64,000 nucleotides of DNA. Origin: a virus. Taxonomy: Duplodnaviria; Caudoviricetes. How positions within the stretch are numbered: position 1 is the first letter of the stretch; each line of letters starts with the position of its first letter. Below are positions 29,077 through 38,916 of this stretch, piece after piece. The notes beneath the pieces are model-generated. The model did not search any database. It worked only from the letters and a program-made list of their open reading frames with translations, and was not told the DNA's origin. The stretch spans positions 9,766 to 73,765 of IMG/VR virus record IMGVR_UViG_3300033076_001048; one strand, 5' to 3'. Both the position numbers and the translations under genes were made by a program.

Positions 29077-29078
29077 AC

Positions 29079-29609
29079 CTAACTAACTATTCCTATCTTT
29101 ACGGGACCTAATAAATTAAGTATCTTAAGTAATGGTCCTGTTTGGAAATTAGTCTTCTTCCCTTGTTCTATATCACGTACTACTTTTAATCCTACACCCG
29201 CTTTCTCAGATAAGTCTACTTGAGTTAGTTTCATTTTCTTTCGTTTATTAATAATAAACATTCTAATCTCATATAGTGGGTCTTCTTCCACATCCATTTT
29301 TACCTCTAATAACAACGCAGGGTCAATTCCTTTCTGATTTAGTAGTTGGACCCCCTTTGATAGATAGTAGTTAATCCAAAACGTTTCTTTTGCGTCTAAG
29401 AACTTATCATCCACATCATGTTCTACTATGTAAACCTGTGGTTCTTTATTACGTTGTTTAACAGATTTAACCCATCTATTAACTTTCTCTGAGTGCGACT
29501 TTTCATCTATATGTAGAAATGGTCTTTCTACCCCATTAACTGATTTACCCACATACACAGGTTTCTTTGTGATAGGACAATTTAATACGTAAATGATATT
29601 TGATTTCAT
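29079..29609 (-). CDS. GIY-YIG-like endonuclease fused to XRE HTH
   Basis: IYVL..PVYVGKS..RPFLH..E; LTQVDLSEKAGVGLKVVRDIEQG. Confidence 0.75.
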   Translation of the reverse strand: MKSNIIYVLNCPITKKPVYVGKSVNGVERPFLHIDEKSHSEKVNRWVKSVKQRNKEPQVYIVEHDVDDKFLDAKETFWINYYLSKGVQLLNQKGIDPALLLEVKMDVEEDPLYEIRMFIINKRKKMKLTQVDLSEKAGVGLKVVRDIEQGKKTNFQTGPLLKILNLLGPVKIGIVS

Positions 29610-29721
29610 AGTTATTATATCTTAAAAGGATTATACATTATAAATATACGTGTATTTATAAAAAACTATACTTAAAAGATATAATTATTAATGTTTTTAA
29701 TAATGTTTGTATTTATATAAC

Positions 29722-30246
29722 GTGGGGAAACGTATTATTATATCCGAATCAGAAAAAAAGAATATATTATCATTATATGAAACAACTAATGTTATCATTA
29801 GACCATTTAATCCTAATACTGATTTTGAATTAATATATAATAATTTAAATTTAGTGTATCATATGGTTGGTATGAGTAATGAGGAAATACTTGAAGAAAT
29901 AAAACCAATTGATACTAATAATAGTATTGTTATTGAAGTTGGTGGTAATTTAGCCGGCTTTTATTTTTTAAGACCTAAAACTATACCTGAAAAAGTTAAC
30001 CCTGAATTATATAGTGAATTAAAAAACTTATCAGGTGTTGAAGGTGTTGCTCTCGGTGTATTTCCTGAATATAAAAATATGGGTATTGGTAAAAAATTAA
30101 TTGAATACCCTAAAAACATGGGATATGATTATATTTGGGGTTATCAATACGAATCATTAAAGAACTTAAAAGATTGGTTAAAAAGACGAAAGTATTATGG
30201 GTTTGATAATGATGAAAATGCCCATGTAACTTATCAGGTTTTTTAA
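29722..30246 (+). CDS. leader-motif GNAT acetyltransferase
   Basis: ALGVFPEYKNMGIGKKL acetyl-CoA motif. Confidence 0.7.
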   Translation: MGKRIIISESEKKNILSLYETTNVIIRPFNPNTDFELIYNNLNLVYHMVGMSNEEILEEIKPIDTNNSIVIEVGGNLAGFYFLRPKTIPEKVNPELYSELKNLSGVEGVALGVFPEYKNMGIGKKLIEYPKNMGYDYIWGYQYESLKNLKDWLKRRKYYGFDNDENAHVTYQVF

Positions 30247-30977
30247 TTGAAATTATACCCAAAACCGATATTGATTCCACCGTTGGAATCATAACCAAGT
30301 GAGAATTGACCTTTATCATTAATTGGGAACTCAACAGCAAAGTTTACGTTTAATTTAAGAACATATAAATTTACAGGTACTTCTTCTGTATACTCATTAA
30401 CTTTACCATTTCCAACAACCACAAACACACCACTTGGTTGTGCAATTACTCCCCACTCATCATAGTATTTTGATACACTGAATTGGTTTGACCAATAATC
30501 ATGTTTGGTTGTACCAATCTCTTGTTGATTGTATACACCCCCACCCAATCTAAATCTTGTATTTTTAATTGGGAAAACAACACCAACGTTAACAACACAT
30601 TTTGATACAACTTTTTTAGTTTCCCATCTTTCAACAGTATTAACACAAGTACCTGTTTCTAACAACCTGTTTCCCCATTCTTTAGTTGTAAACATTTGAG
30701 TTGGTGGTGCTTGTTCGTAGTAAGTTCCGTTTTTTGTATACCAATTAACTGTAGATGTGAAATTACCATCAGTTTTGTAATTGGTTTTGTTATCAAATCC
30801 TAATGTTTTCTCAAGTAAATTGGTTCCTGTGTTCACATAAACACCAAAACCTTTTTCTGATTTATATTCTAAACCAATTGTGTTCATTCCTCTGAAATTA
30901 TTTTCCTGAAACACAGTTACTTGTCCTGTCAAATTTTGTAATAAAAAGAATGAGATGATGATTAATAGGTTTTTCAT
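30243..30977 (-). CDS. secreted/outer-membrane beta protein
   Basis: Signal peptide; C-terminal GFGYNF. Confidence 0.55.
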   Translation of the reverse strand: MKNLLIIISFFLLQNLTGQVTVFQENNFRGMNTIGLEYKSEKGFGVYVNTGTNLLEKTLGFDNKTNYKTDGNFTSTVNWYTKNGTYYEQAPPTQMFTTKEWGNRLLETGTCVNTVERWETKKVVSKCVVNVGVVFPIKNTRFRLGGGVYNQQEIGTTKHDYWSNQFSVSKYYDEWGVIAQPSGVFVVVGNGKVNEYTEEVPVNLYVLKLNVNFAVEFPINDKGQFSLGYDSNGGINIGFGYNFN

Positions 30978-31017
30978 AATACAAATATACTAAAAATACT
31001 TAACATTGCAATAAGGA

Positions 31018-31085
31018 AAATAATTTAGTTGTGAACCGAATGTGTGAGTGTAACGAACACCCTGAGGTGAACAAATGAATTATTT
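31018..31085 (+). repeat. 68-bp direct repeat, copy 2
   Basis: Identical to 29009-29076. Confidence 0.9.
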
Positions 31086-31118
31086 TATATATACAAATTT
31101 TATTCTTATCTTTGTAAT

Positions 31119-31418
31119 ATGAAAGAAATGATGTTTGAGTTTTTGAATAACTTTTATCCTGACGTATTTCTTCTTAGGACTAAGTTTGGTATTATCCCTC
31201 GATATGGTATTAAGGGTGATTATGCCATTGGTGAGGTTAAACGTAAACACATTAAAATGTTATGTAATTTCTTTTCTTCTGATTTGGATTATTGTACAGA
31301 TGTATATGAAGAATGGTTGAATAATAAACCTGTGTGTGTTCGTTTGAAGAATTCTACTAATGAAGATACATTTGTGGTTGAATCAGATTTAATGATTACA
31401 CCAACAACTTTATCTTAA
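31119..31418 (+). CDS. hypothetical protein
   Basis: TATCTTTG box upstream. Confidence 0.65.
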   Translation: MKEMMFEFLNNFYPDVFLLRTKFGIIPRYGIKGDYAIGEVKRKHIKMLCNFFSSDLDYCTDVYEEWLNNKPVCVRLKNSTNEDTFVVESDLMITPTTLS

Positions 31419-31460
31419 ATCTTTCTGACTTCGGCTACGGTTTATCTCCTACCCCTTTTT
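31417..31460 (+). repeat. 44-nt dispersed repeat, copy 1
   Basis: AAATCTTTCTGACTTCGGCTACGGTTTATCTCCTACCCCTTTTT. Confidence 0.9.
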
Positions 31461-31582
31461 AAGTTATTCTATACGGTCAATAAAAATATAATCATCCCCA
31501 CAAATAGTATAAGTCCTGCAATAAATAAGTTTCTTAGTGTTTTTTCCATATTACAAATTTAAGACATTTCTCTGACAATACA

Positions 31583-31626
31583 AAATCTTTCTGACTTCGG
31601 CTACGGTTTATCCCCTACCCCTTTTT
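31583..31626 (+). repeat. 44-nt dispersed repeat, copy 2
   Basis: One mismatch to copy 1. Confidence 0.9.
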
Positions 31627-31648
31627 AACTATCATTGTATTTATATTA

Positions 31649-32086
31649 ATGGCCAAAGAAAAATTATACAATGATGTCCCCAAACTTATATTGGAACACT
31701 ATGACATGTTCATGGACTCTCGTATAACCGTTAGAACAAAAGGGAAATCTCATACTCTTATTATTTATAATTGGATTGTTTTTACACCAAAAGAAATAAA
31801 TGAATTCACACCAAAAAGGGTTAACTTTTATAGTAAGTATAAGGTGGACATTTTGGATGATTTGTTTGATTTATCATATGAGGATGCCACGTATATTAGA
31901 AGTTCTGAAATGCCGTTATTGAAATACGTTCAGGGAGAATATTATTTGGATGAATTCTGTGAGAAGTTGTCACATGATAAAGTTGATGAAATTATAGATG
32001 ATTACTTAAAAGGTAAAGTTACTGTAAAACCAATTTTTACAATAGGTAATACAATCCATACCAATTATGATAGAAACAACTTCTAA
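31649..32086 (+). CDS. hypothetical protein
   Basis: ORF track. Confidence 0.65.
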   Translation: MAKEKLYNDVPKLILEHYDMFMDSRITVRTKGKSHTLIIYNWIVFTPKEINEFTPKRVNFYSKYKVDILDDLFDLSYEDATYIRSSEMPLLKYVQGEYYLDEFCEKLSHDKVDEIIDDYLKGKVTVKPIFTIGNTIHTNYDRNNF

Positions 32087-32128
32087 ATCTTTCTGACTTC
32101 GGCTACGGTTAATCCCCTACCCCTTTTT
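32085..32128 (+). repeat. 44-nt dispersed repeat, copy 3
   Basis: One mismatch to copy 2. Confidence 0.9.
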
Positions 32129-32158
32129 TATCCAACAAATTATTATTACCTTTGTGGT

Positions 32159-32668
32159 ATGAATTTATCTGATTTATCATTTGACGAACTTCTTGAGTTA
32201 AAAAACCGTGTTGACAGTATGGTTCAATCATATAAGGACGGTTATGTTTATATCTGTAAGGTTCGCTCTTATGGTAGGAATTGGACGGAGAATGTTAATA
32301 ATATTAACGAACTCCAAGAGTTGTGTTATCGTTATGATGGTCAAGATGGTATTGTGGATGTTTATTCTACCAACCCCGATTTAAGTTCCATAGACAACTA
32401 TGGTGATTTGAGGTATATTGAATCTGTTGAGGATTATGAGAAATGGTATAACTATGAACAGTTAACACGTCTTGTACCTAAAATTAAAAATGAATTGGAT
32501 AAATGGGATAACAGGGACAATGTATCATTTAATCAACGTCCATTGTTTTCACCAACATATACTCGTGATGACTTGGCTAAATATGAACGTAAGTTGAGTG
32601 AGTGTGATATGTCATTTACTCTTCCTCGCAGTTATAGAGGTGTCTCTATATCAGGTTACGATGACTAA
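32159..32668 (+). CDS. hypothetical protein
   Basis: TACCTTTG box upstream. Confidence 0.7.
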   Translation: MNLSDLSFDELLELKNRVDSMVQSYKDGYVYICKVRSYGRNWTENVNNINELQELCYRYDGQDGIVDVYSTNPDLSSIDNYGDLRYIESVEDYEKWYNYEQLTRLVPKIKNELDKWDNRDNVSFNQRPLFSPTYTRDDLAKYERKLSECDMSFTLPRSYRGVSISGYDD

Positions 32669-32676
32669 CACTAAAA

Positions 32677-33429
32677 CTATTTTTTCTTAATCTTTACACA
32701 GTTTGGATATCTTTTACCAAACATTGTCTTCATACCTTTTTGTGTGTAACCTGTCCAACATCTTTCAGTTAGTTCACCCTCAGTTTGAATCTCTTTAACC
32801 TTATCTAAATTCTCAGATGGAATTGATTTAACAACAGAGAAGTTATATCCCCATCTATTTCCTTCTTCACCAATATTACGCAATTTTAATGGTCGGCTTT
32901 TATGTCTTCCTGTAAATGTATTATCAGGATAATCATTAATATTATCTAATTTCTTTTTAATCTCATCCCAATCAACATCAATCCAATTACCATACTCTGT
33001 TATCATATCACTAAAGGAATCAAATCCTTCGGCAAATCCTCTCCATCCACTATTGTAATATGGTTTGTCATGTTTAACAAAGATATATTTAATCCCTAAT
33101 GGATTTTTATCTTCCTCAGCATCTCTTTGTCTCTTCTCAAAGTATTGCCTTAATTCTTCAGTGTATCTGTTTTTTAGATACTCTTTAATTCCATCCCAAA
33201 TTTTATAATACTCAACAGTGTCTAAGTCTTCATATTCACGTGGCATAATATCATACATTGCGATTTGAATTGTTGCGTCAATGCTATCTTCAATAGGATT
33301 GTCTTTTTTAAACTTTCCGATTTTTATTCTGTCAATTAGTGTATCAATTTCACCAAAGTTAAGTCTACGTCTTAATTGTGAATTAATCTCTTCCCTCAAT
33401 ATTCTTTTTATGGTTTCCTGTAGTTTCAT
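32677..33429 (-). CDS. leader-motif protein with C-terminal CW..G..K..PNCV module
   Basis: MKLQETIKRILREE; RCWTGYTQKGMKTMFGKRYPNCVK. Confidence 0.7.
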   Translation of the reverse strand: MKLQETIKRILREEINSQLRRRLNFGEIDTLIDRIKIGKFKKDNPIEDSIDATIQIAMYDIMPREYEDLDTVEYYKIWDGIKEYLKNRYTEELRQYFEKRQRDAEEDKNPLGIKYIFVKHDKPYYNSGWRGFAEGFDSFSDMITEYGNWIDVDWDEIKKKLDNINDYPDNTFTGRHKSRPLKLRNIGEEGNRWGYNFSVVKSIPSENLDKVKEIQTEGELTERCWTGYTQKGMKTMFGKRYPNCVKIKKK

Positions 33430-33433
33430 AATA

Positions 33434-33853
33434 TTAATATCCACCTTTTGAACTTATAAATATTATTCTTTTTCCCTCACCATATTTCCAAGAAAAATAA
33501 TTCTTAACATAATCTTCTCTTATTCTTATATCAAGTGGAATGTATTGTGTTAAGTCATCAACAAATTTATTTGAGTCAATATCTTCTTGAATCCATAATG
33601 TGTTTATTTCAGGTTTTCTATCATAATAAGCTCTACTAATGTCGGCAATTTCATCACCATTAGAATTGTAAAGTACTATCGCATCCAAGTCCCTATCATC
33701 ATTACCCTGTTTCTCAGTTCTAATCTCACCATATTTCATACGTATCATATCTTCTATAAGACTGTACATTTCTTCATCAACTTTTGGGCTGATGAATCTT
33801 GGTGGATTTGTTTCCTCCCTTAATACTTTTCTTATTGACTCTTGTAAACTCAT
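33434..33853 (-). CDS. leader-motif protein
   Basis: MSLQESIRKVLREE. Confidence 0.7.
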   Translation of the reverse strand: MSLQESIRKVLREETNPPRFISPKVDEEMYSLIEDMIRMKYGEIRTEKQGNDDRDLDAIVLYNSNGDEIADISRAYYDRKPEINTLWIQEDIDSNKFVDDLTQYIPLDIRIREDYVKNYFSWKYGEGKRIIFISSKGGY

Positions 33854-33877
33854 TTATAATAAATACTCAGATATTAT

Positions 33878-33916
33878 CTTTGTGATACCGGCAACTGATA
33901 AACCCCTACCCCTTTT
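33878..33916 (+). repeat. degenerate 44-nt repeat copy
   Basis: CTTTGTGATACCGGCAACTGATAAACCCCTACCCCTTTT. Confidence 0.65.
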
Positions 33917-33942
33917 GAAATATTTTTATTATATTTGCCGTT

Positions 33943-34383
33943 ATGAAAGAATTCACATATGTTGATGAGAATTTTCAACGGTTACAATCAAAAAATGGTG
34001 TCATAGAATTTGACCCTCAATTACGTGAAAAATTTAATTTTATCACTGAAGAGTTGTATGCTAAATATGAAAGAATTATATCACTCAACACGTTTGAGGA
34101 AAGAATAAATAAAATGTCCAACTATAGATGGGATTACATCAAGGTATATTTGACTTTAGAAATTTTAGATACTTCTGGCAAATATGGAACAAACTCTTTT
34201 TTAATATCAAATGAAATTTTTTCATTAATGAAATATTGTAGTATCAAATGGTTAGAAACACCAAATTATAGTACAAGTTTTTTACCTCCACACCAACATA
34301 TTAGTAACATTCGTATCCCATATGTGATGTATTCCAAAGAAAAAATTATTGAGCCATCATATAAATTTGATTTATTTCTTTAA
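33943..34383 (+). CDS. hypothetical protein
   Basis: TATATTTG box upstream. Confidence 0.6.
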   Translation: MKEFTYVDENFQRLQSKNGVIEFDPQLREKFNFITEELYAKYERIISLNTFEERINKMSNYRWDYIKVYLTLEILDTSGKYGTNSFLISNEIFSLMKYCSIKWLETPNYSTSFLPPHQHISNIRIPYVMYSKEKIIEPSYKFDLFL

Positions 34384-34402
34384 GATTTCATATTTATCTA
34401 AA

Positions 34403-34765
34403 ATGAAAATTATCATAAATGAATCTCAGTATAATGAAATCCTTAATGAACATGAATTAAAGTTCAGAAGGATTTATAAAAAGATTCAAGACTATTTCTT
34501 ACGTAAGATGGAGGATTATATTCCTTGTAATTACAACTATGAAGATGGTGTTTATGATTTTTTTGCCGATGTTAGAGGAATAACTATTGAAAGGTTTTTG
34601 GATGAGTTGTATGGTATTCAATGGGGTGACAATGATGGTAACAATGAAGAGTTTTTTGATTTACATGATTCCTTATCAGATATGTTATATGAAACTGAAT
34701 TTGAATATGTTAAATCATATTACAATGCTTGGATAAAAGAACATTGTCCAAAAGAAAAAAATTAA
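34403..34765 (+). CDS. leader-motif protein
   Basis: MKIIINESQYNEILNE. Confidence 0.7.
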   Translation: MKIIINESQYNEILNEHELKFRRIYKKIQDYFLRKMEDYIPCNYNYEDGVYDFFADVRGITIERFLDELYGIQWGDNDGNNEEFFDLHDSLSDMLYETEFEYVKSYYNAWIKEHCPKEKN

Positions 34766-34850
34766 TATACATGAAAGTTAATAAAGATTTGTTAGGATAT
34801 TTTATATCGATGATTATATTGTCATCTATAATACTTTGGGTTATTATATA

Positions 34851-35129
34851 ATGGAAATTACTAAACGTTCAATAGAAGATTTGTTAAACAATTTGGTTAA
34901 ACCGATGTTTGATGGTATAATTAAAATTGAAGTTGTTAGTTTATCATTATTTGACGGTATTGGTTCTGAATTATATCCTGTAATTGATGTTATATTTGAT
35001 AAAGAATCGTTTTTTGCTGTTGACGATACAAATGAATTAGAGAATAAAGTTTCTCGAGAAGTTAGACTAACTCTTAGGTATTTTAACATCCACAATTCAA
35101 TCGTAGATGTTTATGCAATGAGTGACTAA
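34851..35129 (+). CDS. hypothetical protein
   Basis: ORF track. Confidence 0.55.
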   Translation: MEITKRSIEDLLNNLVKPMFDGIIKIEVVSLSLFDGIGSELYPVIDVIFDKESFFAVDDTNELENKVSREVRLTLRYFNIHNSIVDVYAMSD

Positions 35130-35133
35130 CTAA

Positions 35134-35490
35134 TTACTTATTTGGAAAATCCCACTTTACAAAGGTAAAGCTTGAGTTTGGTGATATAGTTAAATTACTG
35201 AAATATTTATTGATTTCATGAACAATAAATGAAGTTATAAACATTTTATTATATTGACTTATGTAACCTTCACCATACACCTTAAAATGTGGATATAAAT
35301 TACCTGTGTGTTCATTAAAATCTAATCTATCATCCAAAGTAATTCCATGAATTTTGAATGAATAATAACCATCATCTAAATTTTGTTCAGAATATTTATT
35401 CAGTAATTTATCTTGAATGACATCTTCCAAAAACATTTTCATTATGGGAATGAATTGTTCTTTTTTAATTAGAATTTCTTTTGGTTCCAT
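35134..35490 (-). CDS. hypothetical protein
   Basis: ORF track. Confidence 0.6.
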   Translation of the reverse strand: MEPKEILIKKEQFIPIMKMFLEDVIQDKLLNKYSEQNLDDGYYSFKIHGITLDDRLDFNEHTGNLYPHFKVYGEGYISQYNKMFITSFIVHEINKYFSNLTISPNSSFTFVKWDFPNK

Positions 35491-35491
35491 A

Positions 35492-35824
35492 TTAATAGTT
35501 TCTATGTGTTTTAGACCATAGTTTTTCTAATTGTTTAATGTGATTATCAAAAACATAAACTTTAACGTAATCTTCTATGACATAAAACTCATCTGTAAAT
35601 CTTCGGATATCATTACTTAACCAACCTTGATAAAAACGTTCAAACAATTCATGAATAAAATTAAAAATAAACCTTTGTTTGTTTTTATATCTATGAACAT
35701 ATTTTTTAGCCGAGTTAAATTCATAGTCATAATAATCATCAAGATGACTAACATATCTTCTAGCTTTAATTGGAATTGTAGTTTCCTCCTTTAATATTCT
35801 CTTTATTGATTCCTGTAAACTCAT
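35492..35824 (-). CDS. leader-motif protein
   Basis: MSLQESIKRILKEE. Confidence 0.7.
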   Translation of the reverse strand: MSLQESIKRILKEETTIPIKARRYVSHLDDYYDYEFNSAKKYVHRYKNKQRFIFNFIHELFERFYQGWLSNDIRRFTDEFYVIEDYVKVYVFDNHIKQLEKLWSKTHRNY

Positions 35825-36195
35825 TTTAAATGTCTATTTGCAATCATTTTTATTGAGTCCATAATGTCTTCGTCGGTTGAAAATGGATTACTACTTCTTG
35901 GTTCGTCGTCAGTTGGACTGCTTGATGGTCTATCATCAATTACACTACTATCGGTAAATTGTCCTGTTGCATTATCCCCACCATTGTTTCCTCGTCCCCT
36001 AACTAATTTAGAAATTATGATGTAATCTTGTAATAACTCTTTATTCTCTTTTACAATCTCAGAACAACTGTTGTAGTCAGATGTTAAATATGTTGTAATG
36101 ATTGATGTTAGTGACGTGAATACCAATAATAAAATCAAAACAAATAACTTTTGTTTTGAATTAAACTCTTTTAATATGTTTGTGATAAATTCCAT
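35821..36195 (-). CDS. single-TM protein
   Basis: LFVLILLLVF helix; probable start MEFITN. Confidence 0.6.
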   Translation of the reverse strand: MEFITNILKEFNSKQKLFVLILLLVFTSLTSIITTYLTSDYNSCSEIVKENKELLQDYIIISKLVRGRGNNGGDNATGQFTDSSVIDDRPSSSPTDDEPRSSNPFSTDEDIMDSIKMIANRHLK

Positions 36196-36327
36196 TACGT
36201 TAAAAAGAAAAACACTTATTATGTTTTCTAATTTTAACAGTATTATAATCTGCCGTGTGTGTTGTCTTACAACCAACAAATAATAATACAATTAAGATTA
36301 TGAAAAGTTTTCTCATATCTATAAATA

Positions 36328-36693
36328 CTAATAATTGTAATTGAATATCTTACACTCGGGATTTAAATTTGTTAAGTCAGGAAATGTTACATCACCAATC
36401 AGATTATTATCTATATGTGATATGTGTAATTCAGTAAACATGTGACAATATTTTTCATATGTTTTTTTACCACCAATACACCAATCAACATCAAATTTAT
36501 ATTCACCTCGTGTATCAATTATTAGTCCCCTATTTGGGAGTACAGGTAGTTCACTGAAAGTGTTATACCCCACAAGTAATATTCCACCATCAGTTAGTCT
36601 CTTAAAGTGTTTTAAATCTTCTTTATTGTGCCAAAGGAGAGTATTATTTTTACCTATGAATCCAAGATTATTTACCGCAATTATCGCTTTCAT
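36328..36693 (-). CDS. folA: dihydrofolate reductase (short)
   Basis: AIIAV..IG..NTLLW..EDLKHFKRLT..VGYNTF; IGGKKTY; GDVTFP. Confidence 0.85.
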   Translation of the reverse strand: MKAIIAVNNLGFIGKNNTLLWHNKEDLKHFKRLTDGGILLVGYNTFSELPVLPNRGLIIDTRGEYKFDVDWCIGGKKTYEKYCHMFTELHISHIDNNLIGDVTFPDLTNLNPECKIFNYNY

Positions 36694-36798
36694 GTTGTTC
36701 AGATAAAATTTGTCTTCCTCTCCTTGATATAATACTGTGCGCGTCATGATTAAATAACGAACCAAACAATGGAAATGGTAATGCCAAGTATAATAGTC

Positions 36799-37047
36799 TT
36801 AATAGTCTCCCCATGTTGTATCATCAATTTGTTCAGATAAAACCTCAATTTTGTTTTCAACGTAATATTTTAGTTTTCTAGTACTTTCCAAATACTCCAA
36901 TCTTAGTTTATGGAACTCTTCATCTTCAATTTCTTCAAATGAACTATATTGTTCAAAACAATAATCCATACCCTCATTTCCCATTCGATATTGAACGGAA
37001 CGGAAATTATCTAAATTCTCTTCTAACTGTTTGATATTCGGTTTCAT
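36799..37047 (-). CDS. small acidic protein
   Basis: ORF track. Confidence 0.6.
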   Translation of the reverse strand: MKPNIKQLEENLDNFRSVQYRMGNEGMDYCFEQYSSFEEIEDEEFHKLRLEYLESTRKLKYYVENKIEVLSEQIDDTTWGDY

Positions 37048-37048
37048 A

Positions 37049-37516
37049 TTAGTTAATTATTTCAAAGTAAAATTTAATTTCTTTTGGTGTCTCCTTTAAC
37101 AAACCATAATCACGAGCCAATCTGAAGTTGGGTGTGTCACGATTTAATCTCATCAAAGATGTTTCAATTACTTTCCTGAATTGTTCTAAGTTGTAAGTTG
37201 ATTTCCATTTATTACAACGAGAACATGATGGATTGAGATTTTCAATATCGTGTGACCCTTTGGTTATGTTATACTTTGTTGCTTCTTGTTCGTTAATTGT
37301 ATGCCAATGCGGTTTTATATGGTCAACCTGCATCTTTTTAATATCAATCTCAATACCACAGTATGCACATCTACCATTACATTTTTTATATACGTCTTCT
37401 CTATTAACCTTCGTCTTCTTCACCTTCTTGAGGATTAAATAATGCAAATTTTGTATCATCAGGCATTGATTTAAAACCACCTTCACCATCCATATAAGTA
37501 AAAGCCAATGTAACAA
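37049..37516 (-). CDS. HNH endonuclease (true start probably near 37430)
   Basis: CAYCG..MQVDHIKP..NLNPSCSRCN. Confidence 0.85.
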   Translation of the reverse strand: MLHWLLLIWMVKVVLNQCLMIQNLHYLILKKVKKTKVNREDVYKKCNGRCAYCGIEIDIKKMQVDHIKPHWHTINEQEATKYNITKGSHDIENLNPSCSRCNKWKSTYNLEQFRKVIETSLMRLNRDTPNFRLARDYGLLKETPKEIKFYFEIIN

Positions 37517-37676
37517 TACAACTGCGAATACTGTCTAATTCATGTTGAATGCTATCCACATCAATTAATACATGTGGGTCCCAAGATTCATCTTTAATAT
37601 TTGAATTCAATTTACTTACGAGGGAATTGTAATTTCTTACCAATTGATTCCTCAATCCGTCCATACTTACTTCCAT
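37404..37676 (-). CDS. hypothetical protein
   Basis: ORF track. Confidence 0.55.
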   Translation of the reverse strand: MEVSMDGLRNQLVRNYNSLVSKLNSNIKDESWDPHVLIDVDSIQHELDSIRSCIVTLAFTYMDGEGGFKSMPDDTKFALFNPQEGEEDEG

Positions 37677-37677
37677 G

Positions 37678-37863
37678 TTATTTATTTTTTTTTACAAAAA
37701 TATAATATTCATACGACTTATCCCAATATTTTCTTGTACGACATGTTAACACCCATTTTTGTAGTCTATACCATCTTTTTAACTTGACATACCAATGGTC
37801 ATTGTCCATATCTTTTTCCAATTCTTCAAGTATTGGACTTGTATATTTTCTTGGTTTGGTCAT
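37678..37863 (-). CDS. small hypothetical protein
   Basis: ORF track. Confidence 0.5.
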   Translation of the reverse strand: MTKPRKYTSPILEELEKDMDNDHWYVKLKRWYRLQKWVLTCRTRKYWDKSYEYYIFVKKNK

Positions 37864-37867
37864 AATT

Positions 37868-38290
37868 TTAATTTGTCACATCAGTCAAATATTGACCAGG
37901 TCCTAATTCTACTCTATAACAACCTTTTTGGTTTTCCATCTCATCCATCCATGTGTCCCAATTAGTATCCAATAATTTCACGAATGCGTCGTTGTTTCCA
38001 CGTTCTTTATATCTTTGGATGTATTCATCTTTCAAACTTCTATGTGGATGAACCAACACAAAATTGATTCCGTTTTTTACTAAAGCGTCTCTTACATCTT
38101 TGTGAGATGATACTAATATTTTATCAACCGATTCATTGTCAAGACCACTTTTGATATGTTCAATATAGTTCTCAGGAAAATGTTTCTTATCAAACTTTGA
38201 ACTATCACTATCCCAAACATTTTTGTCTGTGGTGTTAAAATAAGTTGTTTTCCCAACACCAGGGAATGCCGAATATACTTTTGTTTTCAT
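37868..38290 (-). CDS. P-loop nucleotide kinase-like protein
   Basis: SAFPGVGKT Walker A; DSDSS. Confidence 0.7.
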   Translation of the reverse strand: MKTKVYSAFPGVGKTTYFNTTDKNVWDSDSSKFDKKHFPENYIEHIKSGLDNESVDKILVSSHKDVRDALVKNGINFVLVHPHRSLKDEYIQRYKERGNNDAFVKLLDTNWDTWMDEMENQKGCYRVELGPGQYLTDVTN

Positions 38291-38296
38291 ATGTTA

Positions 38297-38593
38297 TTAC
38301 TTTTTTGGTGGTTTTGGAGTTTTACCTTCTTTAATTTTTCTATCTTCAGGAGGTGTTGGTGAATTCGGAACAAGAGTTACTTCTATTTCGTGTGGTACCA
38401 TTCTTTGAACTATGTATCCATTATTGTCTATTTGATATAAACAATCTCCCACATGTAGAATTAACCTCTCAACTCTCATACACTCTTTATCATCAATCAC
38501 TTTCATTCCAAATGATTTTGATTTCACTGTAACACCCGTTGGGTCAACAGATTCTAACTTAACTTCAATTCTTTTTTTATTACATTTCTTCAT
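38297..38593 (-). CDS. hypothetical protein
   Basis: ORF track. Confidence 0.5.
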   Translation of the reverse strand: MKKCNKKRIEVKLESVDPTGVTVKSKSFGMKVIDDKECMRVERLILHVGDCLYQIDNNGYIVQRMVPHEIEVTLVPNSPTPPEDRKIKEGKTPKPPKK

Positions 38594-38916
38594 CGGTATT
38601 GTTCTCCCTTATTGATTTTTCTTGTTGGTATATTGCTTCCCAATAATCTTCTTCAGTTATCCCTGAACCCCAGATGAATAGTTTCCAACCGATGGTGGCA
38701 ATAAATTTTCTAATTTCTAATAATATGTTAGTTTCCATTGTATTTTATTTTATATAAACTTTAAGTTCATCAATCAAAAGTTTCTCAACCTCTTTTCTAA
38801 TCTTTTTAGGTATAACTATTTCAGGTGTTCCTTCCTCAACTACTATTTCAGTTTTTATTGAAATGGTTTCACATTTCAGTTTTTTTGTTTCAAGTTTCAA
38901 ATTTATTTCTTTCATG

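Larger units (their letters stand above)
27140..29078. other. mostly non-coding origin-like region with DnaA boxes and G/C tracts
   Basis: TTATCCACA 27385-27393, TTATCCACC 28220-28228, TGTGGATAA 28244-28252; genes diverge from 27140-27750. Confidence 0.5.
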
